Under the pieces are notes generated by a model that was not told the DNA's origin, ran no database searches, and was given only the letters and a program-made list of their open reading frames with translations. DNA of 63,469 nucleotides, counting the filler, from Stramenopiles sp. TOSAG23-2 (lineage: Eukaryota): the NCBI GenBank assembly GCA_900128395.1. It is 11 parts of 11 records of this genome, joined end to end, with 100 filler letters (N's around TTAATTAATTAA, not from the genome) between each part and the next. Parts side by side here need not be neighbours in the genome. Positions count along the whole stretch, not along the records: positions 1 to 5,695 come from LT650612.1; positions 5,796 to 11,486 come from LT650613.1; 9 more parts are not named here. One strand, 5' to 3'. Below, piece by piece: positions 1 to 11,586 of the stretch. Made by a program: the position numbers and the translations under genes. Each line of letters starts with the position of its first letter. Position 1 is the stretch's first letter.

Positions 1-1299
1 AAAAAAAATGAAGGTAACGTAAAGAAAAAAGAAGATGCAATACGAAAAGCTAGATTGAAGAAACTGGAAGAAAAGACTAAGAAAGCTCGTGAAGAAAGTA
101 TGCGATTGCGGAAGCTAAAAAACAAAAAGAATGGATATGCAGCATTGGCGAAAAAGCAAGAAGCGGAGAAACGCAAGGAGGAAAAAGAAGAAAAAGCGGA
201 AGTGGCGCGAAAGAAAACAATAGAACGTTTAAGAAAGAAAAAAATTGAATTAGCGAAAAAGAAAAAAATTGAAGATGCGAAGAGAAAGGTAGAGGAAGAA
301 AAAAAATGGAAAATTAGAGATGAAAAAGTTCAAAATTTTAAAGAAAGACGTGCCGAGAGAGCTCGACAGAAAAGACTCATTGAAGAACGTGCAGCAAGAA
401 ATGCCGCTCGACCAAAGCCACAATGGAATAGTACTACTGCAAATAATAATACCATAGGAGTATCTGCTAAAAATAACGACAAGGATCATGACAACAACAT
501 GAATGGTGACAATAATAATAATAACAATGATGAAAATGTGAATAACAATGAAGTTGATGGAACTAATGACACAAATAAAAAAAAGAAAATTAGGAAATAT
601 AGTAAACCAAGACCTCATGACTTATTTCCAAAGAACATGCAAAAGAAACGATCTAGTGGACTTGTACCGAAGAAAGTTCCAACCGTCATGAGAATGCAAC
701 ATCGTCAACACGTAGACAAAAAAGAAAGAGGGAAAGGAAAACAACAACAACATGGTGGTGGATATAGTAACATACATCAAACTCGTAGTAGTCAAAGAAT
801 TCCTAGTAAAATCCCAACAATGGTTGTCATGGCGCATACAAATCATGTTGCTAAAAAACATGATGCACGTGGGAGAAATACACGAAATTTAAATGAGAAA
901 ATTCGCAATGATCAGGAACAAATTGAGGAAGAAGTCAAAACAATGGATGATAGCGTCATGTCGTTTGACGATGTTGAAAAATGGATCCATGAACAAGAAG
1001 AATATTTCAGTAAATCAGATATCAATCTAAATGATGATAATGATACTCGTAAAACTAATAATAGCAATGGCAACAATAATAGTAATTTAATTGATTTAAA
1101 TGAAGAACAAGATTCTATAACAACAACATCTCGTAAGAAAGAATCGAAATCTTTATTGAAAAAAACCCTTGGTAACAGGAGGAAGAGTCAAATTATCGAA
1201 AATGTGGAAGAAGATGACAAATTTTTAGATTCTTTATTGATGGATTCGGGTAGTGGTATTGGTAGCATTTTATCTCCATTTAAAATGGATGATATGTGA
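1..1299 (+). CDS. Low-complexity Lys/Glu coiled-coil protein, 5'-partial
   Basis: Frame open from base 1 to TGA at 1297-1299; K/E/R-rich helical N-part and Asn tracts; no recognisable domain. Confidence 0.7.
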   Translation, partial: KKNEGNVKKKEDAIRKARLKKLEEKTKKAREESMRLRKLKNKKNGYAALAKKQEAEKRKEEKEEKAEVARKKTIERLRKKKIELAKKKKIEDAKRKVEEEKKWKIRDEKVQNFKERRAERARQKRLIEERAARNAARPKPQWNSTTANNNTIGVSAKNNDKDHDNNMNGDNNNNNNDENVNNNEVDGTNDTNKKKKIRKYSKPRPHDLFPKNMQKKRSSGLVPKKVPTVMRMQHRQHVDKKERGKGKQQQHGGGYSNIHQTRSSQRIPSKIPTMVVMAHTNHVAKKHDARGRNTRNLNEKIRNDQEQIEEEVKTMDDSVMSFDDVEKWIHEQEEYFSKSDINLNDDNDTRKTNNSNGNNNSNLIDLNEEQDSITTTSRKKESKSLLKKTLGNRRKSQIIENVEEDDKFLDSLLMDSGSGIGSILSPFKMDDM

Positions 1300-1504
1300 G
1301 AAAGGGATTTTACATTTTATTAAAAATTTTTGAAAAAAATTATATATATATATATATATACGCTTAGAGGGGGGGATACGAAGCGTATCTGTTCGTAATT
1401 TTATATATTTTTATATAAATATAATCCCCGTGTGTATGATTTTTCCAGATTTTTTTTTATAAGGAGAAAATACTCGCACGTATACTTCGAACCGGTTCGT
1501 ATTT

Positions 1505-2104
1505 TTACAATTTTGATTGTTTCTCTTCTGCACGTTTTTGCCAAGTATCTTCATGAATAATAGCTTTTGCATCACCTTCACCATGTGCTTCAGCCATGAA
1601 ACCAGCCAACACTTTATGAGCTTCTGAATCACTATTTTCAAAATGATTCCCTTTCGACGTATCTTGTGCTGTTAATTCAAAGACATAACCATTTGGATCT
1701 CTGAAATATATTGAATATATAAAACCATGATCCGAAGGTCCACGAAACTCAACATTATGTTCTTTTGCTTTTTTCATATACATTTCCAATGTTTCCATAT
1801 CAACTTCAAAAGCAATATGTACATCAAAGTCACTTTGCTCTTTAAAATCAAATGGACGAGAAGGCACATCAAAAAATGCGAGTGCACTCCCATCATCTAA
1901 TTGAAAGAAGGAATGCAATACATGGGAACCATCGTCCAATTTTAAATGCAAAGCTTCTGTCATTTTTAACCCAATAAAATCTTCATAAAATTTACGTGTT
2001 TCCTCCGTATTTCTACAACGATATGCTGCATGATGCAATCCTTTCACACCAGATTTATATTTTCCAGTAAACCCAGATAATTTCGGTCTTGGATGTCGTT
2101 CCAT
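1505..2104 (-). CDS. VOC/glyoxalase family protein with PTS1 (-SKL)
   Basis: LHHAAYRC, HIAFEVD and SIYFRDPNGYVFELT metal-binding motifs; C-terminal SKL. Confidence 0.9.
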   Translation of the reverse strand: MERHPRPKLSGFTGKYKSGVKGLHHAAYRCRNTEETRKFYEDFIGLKMTEALHLKLDDGSHVLHSFFQLDDGSALAFFDVPSRPFDFKEQSDFDVHIAFEVDMETLEMYMKKAKEHNVEFRGPSDHGFIYSIYFRDPNGYVFELTAQDTSKGNHFENSDSEAHKVLAGFMAEAHGEGDAKAIIHEDTWQKRAEEKQSKL

Positions 2105-2787
2105 TTTTTTTTTGTTCGTTTATACTTTTGATATGTTTGTTTATATATAGCAGCTATATTGTTTGTTTATCGATTTGTAATAAAACTAAGAAGTACATAT
2201 GCATTATATATATTCAGATATATATTTATTGAAACTATTCGATTATTAGCACATTGTGCCATTATGCGACATCTCCCTGGACAGACTGAAAAAAACAAAG
2301 ATATTATCAAAATGACCATAAACTTGTATTAATACGTGAAAGTGGAAATTAGAATATTATAAAAAAATATTCATCACATCCATTTTCACCTATGCACCTA
2401 TCAAATAGCTGATAATTTATATTTATATACTACTTTATAAAATGGAAATTTAAAAATTAGAACCTACGCAAAATACCATCAGTGCGAAAATAGCAAGGCA
2501 TCGATTTCTTTCCCTATGAGATGACAATATGTATAATTTATACTTGAAATTAGAATACATGTAGCACAATCCACTCCCAATGCTACTCCCAATGCTACTC
2601 AATGGATTGTTCTTTCCTACTTCCATACAAATAAAATGGCACGAGCTCGGCGCTCCAAGTTTTGTTTGTTGTTTAAGTGGACTAAGAAATGATAAAGTTA
2701 CAGTTGTCAATATACGTCGTCGTCTCATCTTCATGTAAATAGATAGATATACAAAACATTTTAAAAAACAAAGAGACAAGAGAAAAC

Positions 2788-4104
2788 ATGTTGACAAGAA
2801 CGATATTAAAAAGAACGCCATTTTTAAAACGTGCATTTGGTAGCAGCAGTGCTGACCCTGCACGTGCGATAGTGAATGAATCGAAAAAAGAAACATTTGC
2901 AAAGTTTAATTGGGAGGACCCACTAAACTTGGACGGACAATTAACAGAGGAAGAGTTAATGGTAAAACAAACTGCATTTGATTATTGCCAAGAACAATTA
3001 ATGCCAAGAGTATTAGAAGCAAATAGACATGAAATATTTCATCGTGAAATTATGAATGAATTTGGTGAGTTAGGTATGCTTGGTGTTACCGTGGATGGTT
3101 ATGGTTGCCCAGGTTTAGGTTATGTATCGTATGGTTTAATAGCACGTGAAGTTGAACGTGTTGATAGTTCCTACCGTAGTGCGATGTCTGTACAATCATC
3201 ATTAGTGATGCATCCTATTAATCAATTTGGTACGGAGGAGCAAAAAGAAAAATTTTTACCACGTTTAGCCACTGGGGAATTGATTGGTTGCTTTGGTTTA
3301 ACAGAACCAAATCATGGTTCTGATCCATCTGGTATGGAAACACGTGCTGTACAAGAAGCAAATGACGGTGATTATATTGTTAACGGAAGTAAAAATTGGA
3401 TCACAAACTCACCTATTGCAGATGTATTTGTAGTATGGGCAAAAGATGTAAATGATGGCAACCGAATCAAAGGTTTCTTGTTGGAGAAAGGTATGCCAGG
3501 ATTAAGTGCACCGAAATTAGAAGGTAAATTTTCATTACGTGCATCACAAACTGGACAAATTTTCATGGAAGATGTACGTGTGCCAAAAGAAAATGTGTTA
3601 CCAGGTATTGATGGTTTAGGTGGTCCATTTAGTTGTTTAAATAATGCAAGGTTTGGTATTGGTTGGGGTGCTTTAGGTGCTGCAGAATTTTGCTTGCATC
3701 AAGCTAGACAATATACATTAGATCGTGAACAATTCGGCGCGCCATTAGGGGCAAATCAATTGATTCAAAAGAAATTAGCAGATATGATGTCAGAAATTGC
3801 ATTAGGATACCAAGCATGTTTAAGAGTAGGACGATTAAAAGAAGCTGGAGAAGTTGCACCAGAAATGATTTCCATTATTAAACGTAATAATTGTGGAAAA
3901 GCATTACAAATTGCACGTGAAGCACGTGATATGTTAGGTGGCAATGGTATTAGTGATGAGTATCATATTATTCGCCATGTTATGAATTTGGAAGCAGTAA
4001 ATACATATGAAGGTACACATGACGTGCATGCATTAATTTTAGGTAGGCAAATTACTGGAATACAAAGTTTCATTCCATTTGTTAGTAAACATCGAAGTCA
4101 TTAA
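2788..4104 (+). CDS. GCDH: Glutaryl-CoA dehydrogenase, mitochondrial precursor
   Basis: [50 protein letters not shown]; Arg-rich N-terminal presequence. Confidence 0.96.
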   Translation: MLTRTILKRTPFLKRAFGSSSADPARAIVNESKKETFAKFNWEDPLNLDGQLTEEELMVKQTAFDYCQEQLMPRVLEANRHEIFHREIMNEFGELGMLGVTVDGYGCPGLGYVSYGLIAREVERVDSSYRSAMSVQSSLVMHPINQFGTEEQKEKFLPRLATGELIGCFGLTEPNHGSDPSGMETRAVQEANDGDYIVNGSKNWITNSPIADVFVVWAKDVNDGNRIKGFLLEKGMPGLSAPKLEGKFSLRASQTGQIFMEDVRVPKENVLPGIDGLGGPFSCLNNARFGIGWGALGAAEFCLHQARQYTLDREQFGAPLGANQLIQKKLADMMSEIALGYQACLRVGRLKEAGEVAPEMISIIKRNNCGKALQIAREARDMLGGNGISDEYHIIRHVMNLEAVNTYEGTHDVHALILGRQITGIQSFIPFVSKHRSH

Positions 4105-4596
4105 ATATTATGATTTTATGGGAAGAAAATGTAATAATTTGTATTTTTCATATATATGATATCATACATATTTTTACATGAACACCATCACTACTGATGT
4201 ATATTAATATTTTTTCATATTTTTTACGTTTTGGTAATATAAATGTTTTGAAAAAAGGTATAATATATATACATGTAATAGTTGTGTGGTGTATATTTTT
4301 ACGTGTTTATTATTAGAGATGTATAATATTTTGATTTTTTTGTAAATTAAAATGCGTGTGCGTGGTGTAAAAAATATTAGTGTATTTGTACTTAAAAAAT
4401 ATATATGTCTGTTTTTTATAATAAAATTTAATGAAAATATTTATTTTTACTAATTTGATTACTTTATACACACACACACAGTAGTACACACGACGCACTA
4501 AAACATACCCTCACACACATTTCATACCTCTATTTTAAAAAGAGTATTTGGAGGGATATATATATTATATATGAATACATTTTATGACTCTGTAGT

Positions 4597-4796
4597 TTCA
4601 TCATCTTCACCTACAGCATTATTTTGTTCAGCTTCTTGTTTTGCTAAATATGCTTCTTTCTTTGCTAAATATATTTCTTTTTCCTCTTCCGTTAATTTCA
4701 TCATCTTCACCTACAGCATTATTTTGTTCAGCTTCTTGTTTTGCTAAATATGCTTCTTTCTTTGCTAAATATATTTCTTTTTCCTCTTCCGTTAAT
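4597..4796. repeat. Exact 100-bp tandem duplication that frameshifts the gene end
   Basis: 4597-4696 is identical to 4697-4796. Confidence 0.9.
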
Positions 4797-5635
4797 GCAG
4801 TTTCTTCCTCTTCTGTTAATTCAACAAATTCTTCTTCTTTAGCTTTTGCTTCAGCTTCTTCTGCTTCTTTTCTCTTTGCTTCTTCCTCCGCATCTAATAT
4901 TTCTTTTTTTGCTAAATATTTTTCTTTCTCATCCTCTGAAAGTGCTTCAAACTCTTCATCTGATAATATCACAAATTTTAATTCAAAACCAGGTGCACCT
5001 AATTTCATTTCACGTACTTCTGCATTTGTTATACCAATAATTTTCCTATGATCAGTTGCTGGTATATTCATAAAATAAGTTTGTAAAATTTGTAAAGTAT
5101 CTCCATGACTACTTAAGACTATAATGCATGGATTTTCAATTGTTTTTTCCAATTCTGTCACCAAAGCTACTGTTCGTTTACGGACGGCATTGACTGATTC
5201 TACATTAAATTCCGTATGCATACCATCTTCTACATCTTTTTCCCATACTTTATTATAGTTTTCATTTGACGTTGCTTCAAAATCACCAAAATTTCGCTCA
5301 CGTAATCTTTCATCTATTGTAAATACTTTATAATTTTCATGAAAATTATTTGTTGAATACAACCTCGTTCCCACCTTTAAGAGACCACCGGCTAGTGAAG
5401 CCGTTTCAATTGCTCTTAAAAAATCACTTGAATATATTTTTAACTCACGGTTTTCTTCATTATCCTCTTCAAGCACTTTATGTATTCTACCACCAGCCAT
5501 TTTTGCTTGTTCTTTCCCTTTTTCAGTTAATCCATGATAAAAACATGCTTTCTTTGGATTCGATGATACAATTTTTTCCACATTGGCAATTGATTCACCA
5601 TGTCTTAATAGGAAATATCTATGTTTGAATGGCAT
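4628..5635 (-). CDS. Histidine phosphatase (phosphoglycerate mutase family) with acidic tail; true 3' end probably 4582
   Basis: LRHGES, SSDFLRAIETA, LRERNFGDFE, SHGD. Removing one copy of the 100-bp duplication restores ...GEDDETTES* (TAA at 4584-4582). Confidence 0.88.
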   Translation of the reverse strand: MPFKHRYFLLRHGESIANVEKIVSSNPKKACFYHGLTEKGKEQAKMAGGRIHKVLEEDNEENRELKIYSSDFLRAIETASLAGGLLKVGTRLYSTNNFHENYKVFTIDERLRERNFGDFEATSNENYNKVWEKDVEDGMHTEFNVESVNAVRKRTVALVTELEKTIENPCIIVLSSHGDTLQILQTYFMNIPATDHRKIIGITNAEVREMKLGAPGFELKFVILSDEEFEALSEDEKEKYLAKKEILDAEEEAKRKEAEEAEAKAKEEEFVELTEEEETALTEEEKEIYLAKKEAYLAKQEAEQNNAVGEDDEINGRGKRNIFSKERSIFSKTRS

Positions 5636-5695
5636 GTTTGGTTCTGTGTATGATTTTGTTAGGCTTGTATATGTTCTTCTTCTTTGACTGTTATA

Positions 5696-5795
5696 NNNNN
5701 NNNNNNNNNNNNNNNNNNNNNNNNNNNNNNNNNNNNNNNTTAATTAATTAANNNNNNNNNNNNNNNNNNNNNNNNNNNNNNNNNNNNNNNNNNNN
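5696..5795. other. Artificial contig spacer
   Basis: N44-TTAATTAATTAA-N44, stops in all six frames. Confidence 0.99.
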
Positions 5796-6357
5796 GTACA
5801 TCATTTATATACGTTATCCTGTTGTAATATATCTATATACACCATGACATCGAATGGGTATTAACTGTGTATAAATAATATTATTTACACTAGGCTATAA
5901 ACTATTCAATTTATCTCTATATACATGTAACAACTATGAATCGTATCGTTGTTATCGTTATCCATGATGCAAAAAACGAAAACATAAACGTATACCATAA
6001 CTAATAAAAATGTTAACATTTCGACATCATCATCATCATCTCAAAAAAATAATAATACCATACAACACATATAGAACATACCAACCATATCAGCACAACA
6101 TCAAATCAATATAAATACAGAGAGAGGGGGGAAGGGAAGGATAGATGATACTTACGTTTTTTCTTTTGTTCTCTTCTTGATTACTTTCTGTCTCTACGTT
6201 GTCTACACCTCTCTCTCTATATATATATTTGTTGATATTTGTATGCTTTTTGCACCCCCTGCAGGATATTATGTCAATTATAGTGTGAAACATTGATTTA
6301 TACGATTGAAATCCAATATTAAATATCAGAAAATATATCAGTTATTATAAATATATT

Positions 6358-6451
6358 TTATGTAAATGCATTAAATTACCATTATTCCTAGTTTTTATTA
6401 TAAATATAAATTATGTAAATGCATTAAATTACCATTATTCCTAGTTTTTAT
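6358..6451. repeat. Direct repeat of about 41 bp, period 53
   Basis: TTATGTAAATGCATTAAATTACCATTATTCCTAGTTTTTAT at 6358 and 6411. Confidence 0.85.
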
Positions 6452-6933
6452 ACCTAGTTTTATATATATCCGAATAATGTTCAATGAGATTTTTCGGTGT
6501 ACTCCCAAAACTAAGCCTATTCACTATTGAAACAGGATGACTTCTTACAGATCGAGAATATATTTGGTTTGGAAATTAACACAATTTATAATTGATTTTT
6601 AATAATCTTATAGATGGATTAATATTATATAGTATGGTAATATGTATTGTTAGTACTGGTGTATTTCCTATGTATCATGTTATATTTTCATTATACCTAG
6701 TTTTATATATATCCGAATAATGTTCAATGAGATTTTTCGGTGTACTCCCAAAACTAAGCCTATTCACTATTGAAACAGGATGACTTCTTACAGATCGAGA
6801 ATATATGGTTTGGAAATTAACACTATTCATAATTGATTTTAAATAATCTTATAGATGGATTAATAATATTAAGTATGATCATATGTATTGTTGGTAATGG
6901 TGTATTTCCTATGTATCATGTTATATTTTCATT
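6451..6933. repeat. Diverged 243-bp tandem duplication
   Basis: Copies start TACCTAGTTTTATATATATCCG at 6451 and 6694; substitutions and indels in the distal half. Confidence 0.88.
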
Positions 6934-7033
6934 GATATGATGTATTATTAGTACCCCTACTTGAGGAGGATTAAATGGGAACTATTTCATTGTAAAAAGG
7001 TTTGGAGGTATTGAATGGTTTGCAAGGGCATTT

Positions 7034-7433
7034 CAATGCTATTTCCATATTAAATACGATTTCATTCTATCAAATTACACTAATTTATACTTGAATTGGA
7101 AATTAGAATATGAAAAATACTCCTTTCAATGCTATTTCTATATTAAATATTAAGATTTCATACTTGAATTGGAAATTAGAATACTATAAATACTCCTTAC
7201 AATGCTATTTCCATATTAAATATTAAGATTTCATACTTGAATTGGAAATTAATACACCTTTTTCGATTTATTCCTATCAAAATCGTATAAGTTCTCTTAA
7301 AACGGCAATATGTGCCATACGCAGTGCTATACCCTTGAATTGGAAATTAATACACCTTTTTCGATTTATTCCTATCAAAATCGTATAAGTTCTCTTAAAA
7401 CGGCAATATGTGCCATACGCAGTGCTATACCCT
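7034..7433. repeat. Minisatellite-like units (about 60-90 bp) followed by an exact 98-bp tandem duplication
   Basis: Recurrent CAATGCTATTTC and CTTGAATTGGAAATTA; copies starting at 7236 and 7334 are identical. Confidence 0.8.
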
Positions 7434-7678
7434 CTAAACCGTGTCAAAATGTACAAAACTGTGCACTTCACAAATAACACTATTCACTATGGGAAATATG
7501 TAAATATCGTTTTCTAAAATGCCAATTTTATTTTTCATATATTTGTAAAAAATAGCAAATATCCGAAAATATTAGAAAAAATGAGGAATATTTTCCCCAT
7601 AGTGAATAGTGTTAAGTGTACAGTTTTGACACGGTTTGTACAGTTTTGACACGGTTTAGCTAGCACTTAGCACTGCGT
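7417..7678. mobile_element. Nested inverted-repeat (MITE/foldback-like) element
   Basis: Inner IR CACTATTCACTATGGG 7478-7493 / 7596-7611, followed by TTAA; outer IRs CTAAACCGTGTCAAAA 7434-7449 / 7644-7659 and ACGCAGTGCTA 7417-7427 / 7668-7678. Confidence 0.6.
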
Positions 7679-8183
7679 TCGTATTCTTGGCAGATTTAAA
7701 GTTTAAAGTCCCAATTTGCCAATTTTGCCAATATTTTTTTATTTAAGGTTTTTGTTTTTACTTTTTTCTTGTGGAATTTTTAAATTTTCTAGATGATTGT
7801 ACAATTATATAAGAATAGCATTGATTAAAAAAAAGTAATTCTCAAAATTACAAATAGTATGTTGTACTATGATATAAAATATCCGATCTATTCTATAATA
7901 TGAGTTGTGTATCTAATTATAGATGATTATAAGGTAATTATGTAGTAGTATTAAAATATTGCTAATAATTCCATTATTTGTTTCGAGGAAGAAAGGTTAA
8001 AAACTACTAGAAAGAAAGTGAAGGGGGAACGGGGAATATTTACATAAATGAAATAAAACAGTGTCGACGTGAGTAAGAGAAAAGAAACGAACAGAAGATT
8101 GTTAGATCAGAATATAGCATTAAAAAACGACAACGACAAGGACCATCATTGTATATGTAGATAAAAGTGTGTATTGGAATAAG

Positions 8184-10727
8184 ATGTTACGTCAATTAAT
8201 GTATTACAATGTCATTGTGATATTGATAACAATATTCATGAATCAATGTGCACTGGTATTAGGTGAAGCGGGAACGTGTATAGGCAAAGACGAAGGTTTT
8301 TACAATGGGAAATGCATCAAGTGTAAATTGGGACAGTTTATAGTATCACCAGGTCTACTCCACCAATTGCCAGATATTTGCAAGCCAAATTATGCCGTAA
8401 GAGACAAAAAGTCGTGGAGAACAAAATGTAACAACCAATGCGTAGATTGTGATTCAAGGATACCCAATACAGTTGGCATAAGGGAACCAAATCTTGTTTG
8501 GGCCATGCAAAAAACTTGTGGTTGTGCATCAAATTATTATGCAACAGACTTTATTTTCAGCACAAGATCTCCTGGAAAATCGTTATTTTCTTGTAAACCT
8601 TGCCCCCTTGGAACATTTTCCTCACCAGGCTCAAAAGAAAGATCAAGTTGCTACGGAGGAACTTTATCAAAACAAATCAATTCACAACGTCAACTAATTG
8701 GACAAATAACAAAATCATTATCCGCATCAAAAAATGCTGAAAATAATGTTAACGCTGGCCAAATCACAAAATTACAACGTATGTGGGCTACCAATGAAGT
8801 ACGTAAAAAATATGATGAAATGCGAATCAAACATGCCACATCATATCAAAAACATGGTGAAAATGCATGTAAACATGAACAACATGAACAAAAAGATGAA
8901 ACAAAACGACGTATGCATATTTTTGCTGCTGTACAATTAAACGAAGAAGTTACTGAAAATACTTGTTTAAGTACAAATCGTGATGAATTAATTAAATCAT
9001 TTTGCAATTTCAGAAATGATTTTGATGAAACATTAGCAAATCAAAATATAAAGAAAAAAGGCAACGATTTGTGGCCAAATATATGTTGTCCATCAAGTCG
9101 TGAAAAATGTGAAGTACCTGAAGGTATCAATGCGGAAGAAATGGTACCATTCGCACTTGCACAAGGTGGTAACGTTACGAAAGCATCTTTATACGGTGAA
9201 ATATTAGATGTTTTAAGAGCAAAAGGCCACAAACATCATCCAAATGGTGGATATCTTCTACAAGGTATGTTAAAAGTTCTCGATGAAGTAAAAGATATAG
9301 ATGGGGCAAAAGAATTAAAAACAGAGATAATGAATGTTTTTAAACATATTCATCTTTGTGGGCCAAAAGTATTTCATTCCCCAGAAAGTGAAGATATAAA
9401 CATGTGTCAATTGTTTCATCCATATGGTCAATTGATGACTTCGTTTCACAAAAAGTTTAAAGGATTATTTATTGCAAGGGATTCTCAAGATGTGCTTGTG
9501 CCTCAAGAATCGAAAGCTGCGTCATTTTTGCAAATGGCACCTAAGGCGGTCCTTAAACCGGAAGAAATGCAAAAACTTATGAAAAAAATTCGGAAAAGAT
9601 TAAGGAAAGAAGAACAGAAGCAAAAGAGAGAACGAAACATGAAAAAGACCGAAAAAGATAACATTTGCCGTTTGCGACTTGCAGATAAGAAAGAGGTAGA
9701 GGAAAAGAAAGGAACATTTTGTTCCATGTATCAACCATTTGATACAACTGACGATAAAAGAATTACAAACTTTGCTATGTTTCATATACGCACTGATATT
9801 GGCCGTAATGCTAAATTTGTAAAAGCATTGTTGGAGACGGCACGCTTTGTTGCTGATGACAAATGTTATCGTTCAACACCAATGTTTACCGGGAATGATT
9901 TTTCGTTACAAAGTATTGATGATATGAATGGTAAAAAAGTATCGGTATTAGTAGCAAAATTAGATTCATCTGCAAATGGTTACTTACGTTCTGGCGCGGG
10001 AAAGTGTGATAGCACAGAATGGTTACCACATGTGACACTTAAGTTCGGTATTTATGCTGATACTAATAATTGTTGCTCCGATTCAAAAAATATTGCGTCA
10101 TGTCACCAATGCAGTTCTAAAAATGCACCAAAAGTATTAGATCATCATTGGACAAAAGAAAAATTATTTTATGAAATGACAGTGACTGGTAATGTATTTG
10201 AATTAAAATTGGATGGTAATCCAATATTAGCTGGTACGAAATATACATTATTGGAAAAACCAAATAGTTTAAAGCCAAAGAATGGTGAGAACGGGAAGAA
10301 ATTGGTGATCGCTGTGAAAAAGGCTGTTGCGGATAAAAAAGATAATACCAATGAAGAAAAAAGAAGACGAAGAAGACGTTTAGTAGGATATAGTGATGAT
10401 TGGAACGTATTTACAACATATGTTCAAACAGCACAAGGTACATGTAGTAGTCATATATTACAAGATGTAAGTGTTGATGATGATGGAAGTTTTAGTTTTC
10501 ATTGTTCACAAGCAGCTGCATTATGTAATTGTATACAACATGTTGGTTGGAGTGGTGAAGAACAACATTTTGTAGCTGGTGATATCGGTTTAAATGTTTT
10601 CCGACACGAAGGATTAGTTGGGTATGAAATAACAGAATATGGATATACAGTAGTATATGGTGATGTGAATGGAGGGAGAATGGATCGAAGAAGAAGATTA
10701 TTGCAACAGGGTGGTGGCAACAGTTAA
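8184..10727 (+). CDS. Secreted Cys-rich protein (ephrin-receptor-like/GCC2-GCC3 Cys motif, coiled coil, RRRL motifs)
   Basis: First ATG at 8184; hydrophobic signal peptide; CKPCPLGTFS motif; KRRRRRRL and RRRRLL. Confidence 0.8.
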   Translation: MLRQLMYYNVIVILITIFMNQCALVLGEAGTCIGKDEGFYNGKCIKCKLGQFIVSPGLLHQLPDICKPNYAVRDKKSWRTKCNNQCVDCDSRIPNTVGIREPNLVWAMQKTCGCASNYYATDFIFSTRSPGKSLFSCKPCPLGTFSSPGSKERSSCYGGTLSKQINSQRQLIGQITKSLSASKNAENNVNAGQITKLQRMWATNEVRKKYDEMRIKHATSYQKHGENACKHEQHEQKDETKRRMHIFAAVQLNEEVTENTCLSTNRDELIKSFCNFRNDFDETLANQNIKKKGNDLWPNICCPSSREKCEVPEGINAEEMVPFALAQGGNVTKASLYGEILDVLRAKGHKHHPNGGYLLQGMLKVLDEVKDIDGAKELKTEIMNVFKHIHLCGPKVFHSPESEDINMCQLFHPYGQLMTSFHKKFKGLFIARDSQDVLVPQESKAASFLQMAPKAVLKPEEMQKLMKKIRKRLRKEEQKQKRERNMKKTEKDNICRLRLADKKEVEEKKGTFCSMYQPFDTTDDKRITNFAMFHIRTDIGRNAKFVKALLETARFVADDKCYRSTPMFTGNDFSLQSIDDMNGKKVSVLVAKLDSSANGYLRSGAGKCDSTEWLPHVTLKFGIYADTNNCCSDSKNIASCHQCSSKNAPKVLDHHWTKEKLFYEMTVTGNVFELKLDGNPILAGTKYTLLEKPNSLKPKNGENGKKLVIAVKKAVADKKDNTNEEKRRRRRRLVGYSDDWNVFTTYVQTAQGTCSSHILQDVSVDDDGSFSFHCSQAAALCNCIQHVGWSGEEQHFVAGDIGLNVFRHEGLVGYEITEYGYTVVYGDVNGGRMDRRRRLLQQGGGNS

Positions 10728-11170
10728 GTGAAAACGACGTGCGTGTGAATTTTATTACGTTTCGTATGATATAAAAAAATTAAAAAAAATAAAATATGAC
10801 ATAATAAAAAATACGAGTATAAAATGATGGTTAAAATCTAAGTTATGATATAATATTTTTACACTTCTCGTGTTAAGTAATATGATATATATCATATATG
10901 ACCCACCTTTAATAAGATCAGGAGGAATATAAAAAAGACCATAATATTACATAGTACCTAGTTTTACATAATTTTTAATGGTATTTATATGCTATTTATA
11001 CATATTTTTAAGCTCTTTCCGTATTATCATGTCTCTGAGGAGCAAAAAATTTCCTATGACATAGTTTTCAAAACTAGATCGATTCACTATCTATAATTTT
11101 ATGCCGGAAATCGTCATATAATCGTTTATAGGTTGAGAGTGTTTTGAAACACGAAAATGAAAAAATACGA

Positions 11171-11299
11171 GTTTTAGAACAACCATGCCCTTCAAAAAAA
11201 AATATTAAAAAGTTAAACACAAACATTTTTATGAGCGTTTTAGAACAACCATGCCCTTCAAAAAAAAATATTAAAAAGTTAAACACAAACATTTTTATG
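11171..11299. repeat. 66-bp tandem duplication
   Basis: GTTTTAGAACAACCATGCCC... at 11171 and 11237. Confidence 0.88.
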
Positions 11300-11486
11300 C
11301 GCACACTTTTTTCTCTGTTCCAAATTTCCGATAGAAACCGGGATAACGTCTACAGGCATAAAGAATCATGTCAGCTAGCGTTTGCAAAAAGAATTAGGCA
11401 TGTATCTAAAGAAATGGCGAAGATTATAACATTGAAAATTTTTTGATGCTTGAAATGGTGTATTATTATAGTGCGTTGGAAGCTAT

Positions 11487-11586
11487 NNNNNNNNNNNNNN
11501 NNNNNNNNNNNNNNNNNNNNNNNNNNNNNNTTAATTAATTAANNNNNNNNNNNNNNNNNNNNNNNNNNNNNNNNNNNNNNNNNNNN
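11487..11586. other. Artificial contig spacer
   Basis: N44-TTAATTAATTAA-N44. Confidence 0.99.

Noticed and set aside
6358-7433. CRISPR-like array
   Set aside because: Head-to-tail duplications without unique constant-length spacers; no cas genes; eukaryotic context.
11074-11446. Short ORFs with repeated peptides
   Set aside because: Generated by the 66-bp duplication; no coding hallmarks.
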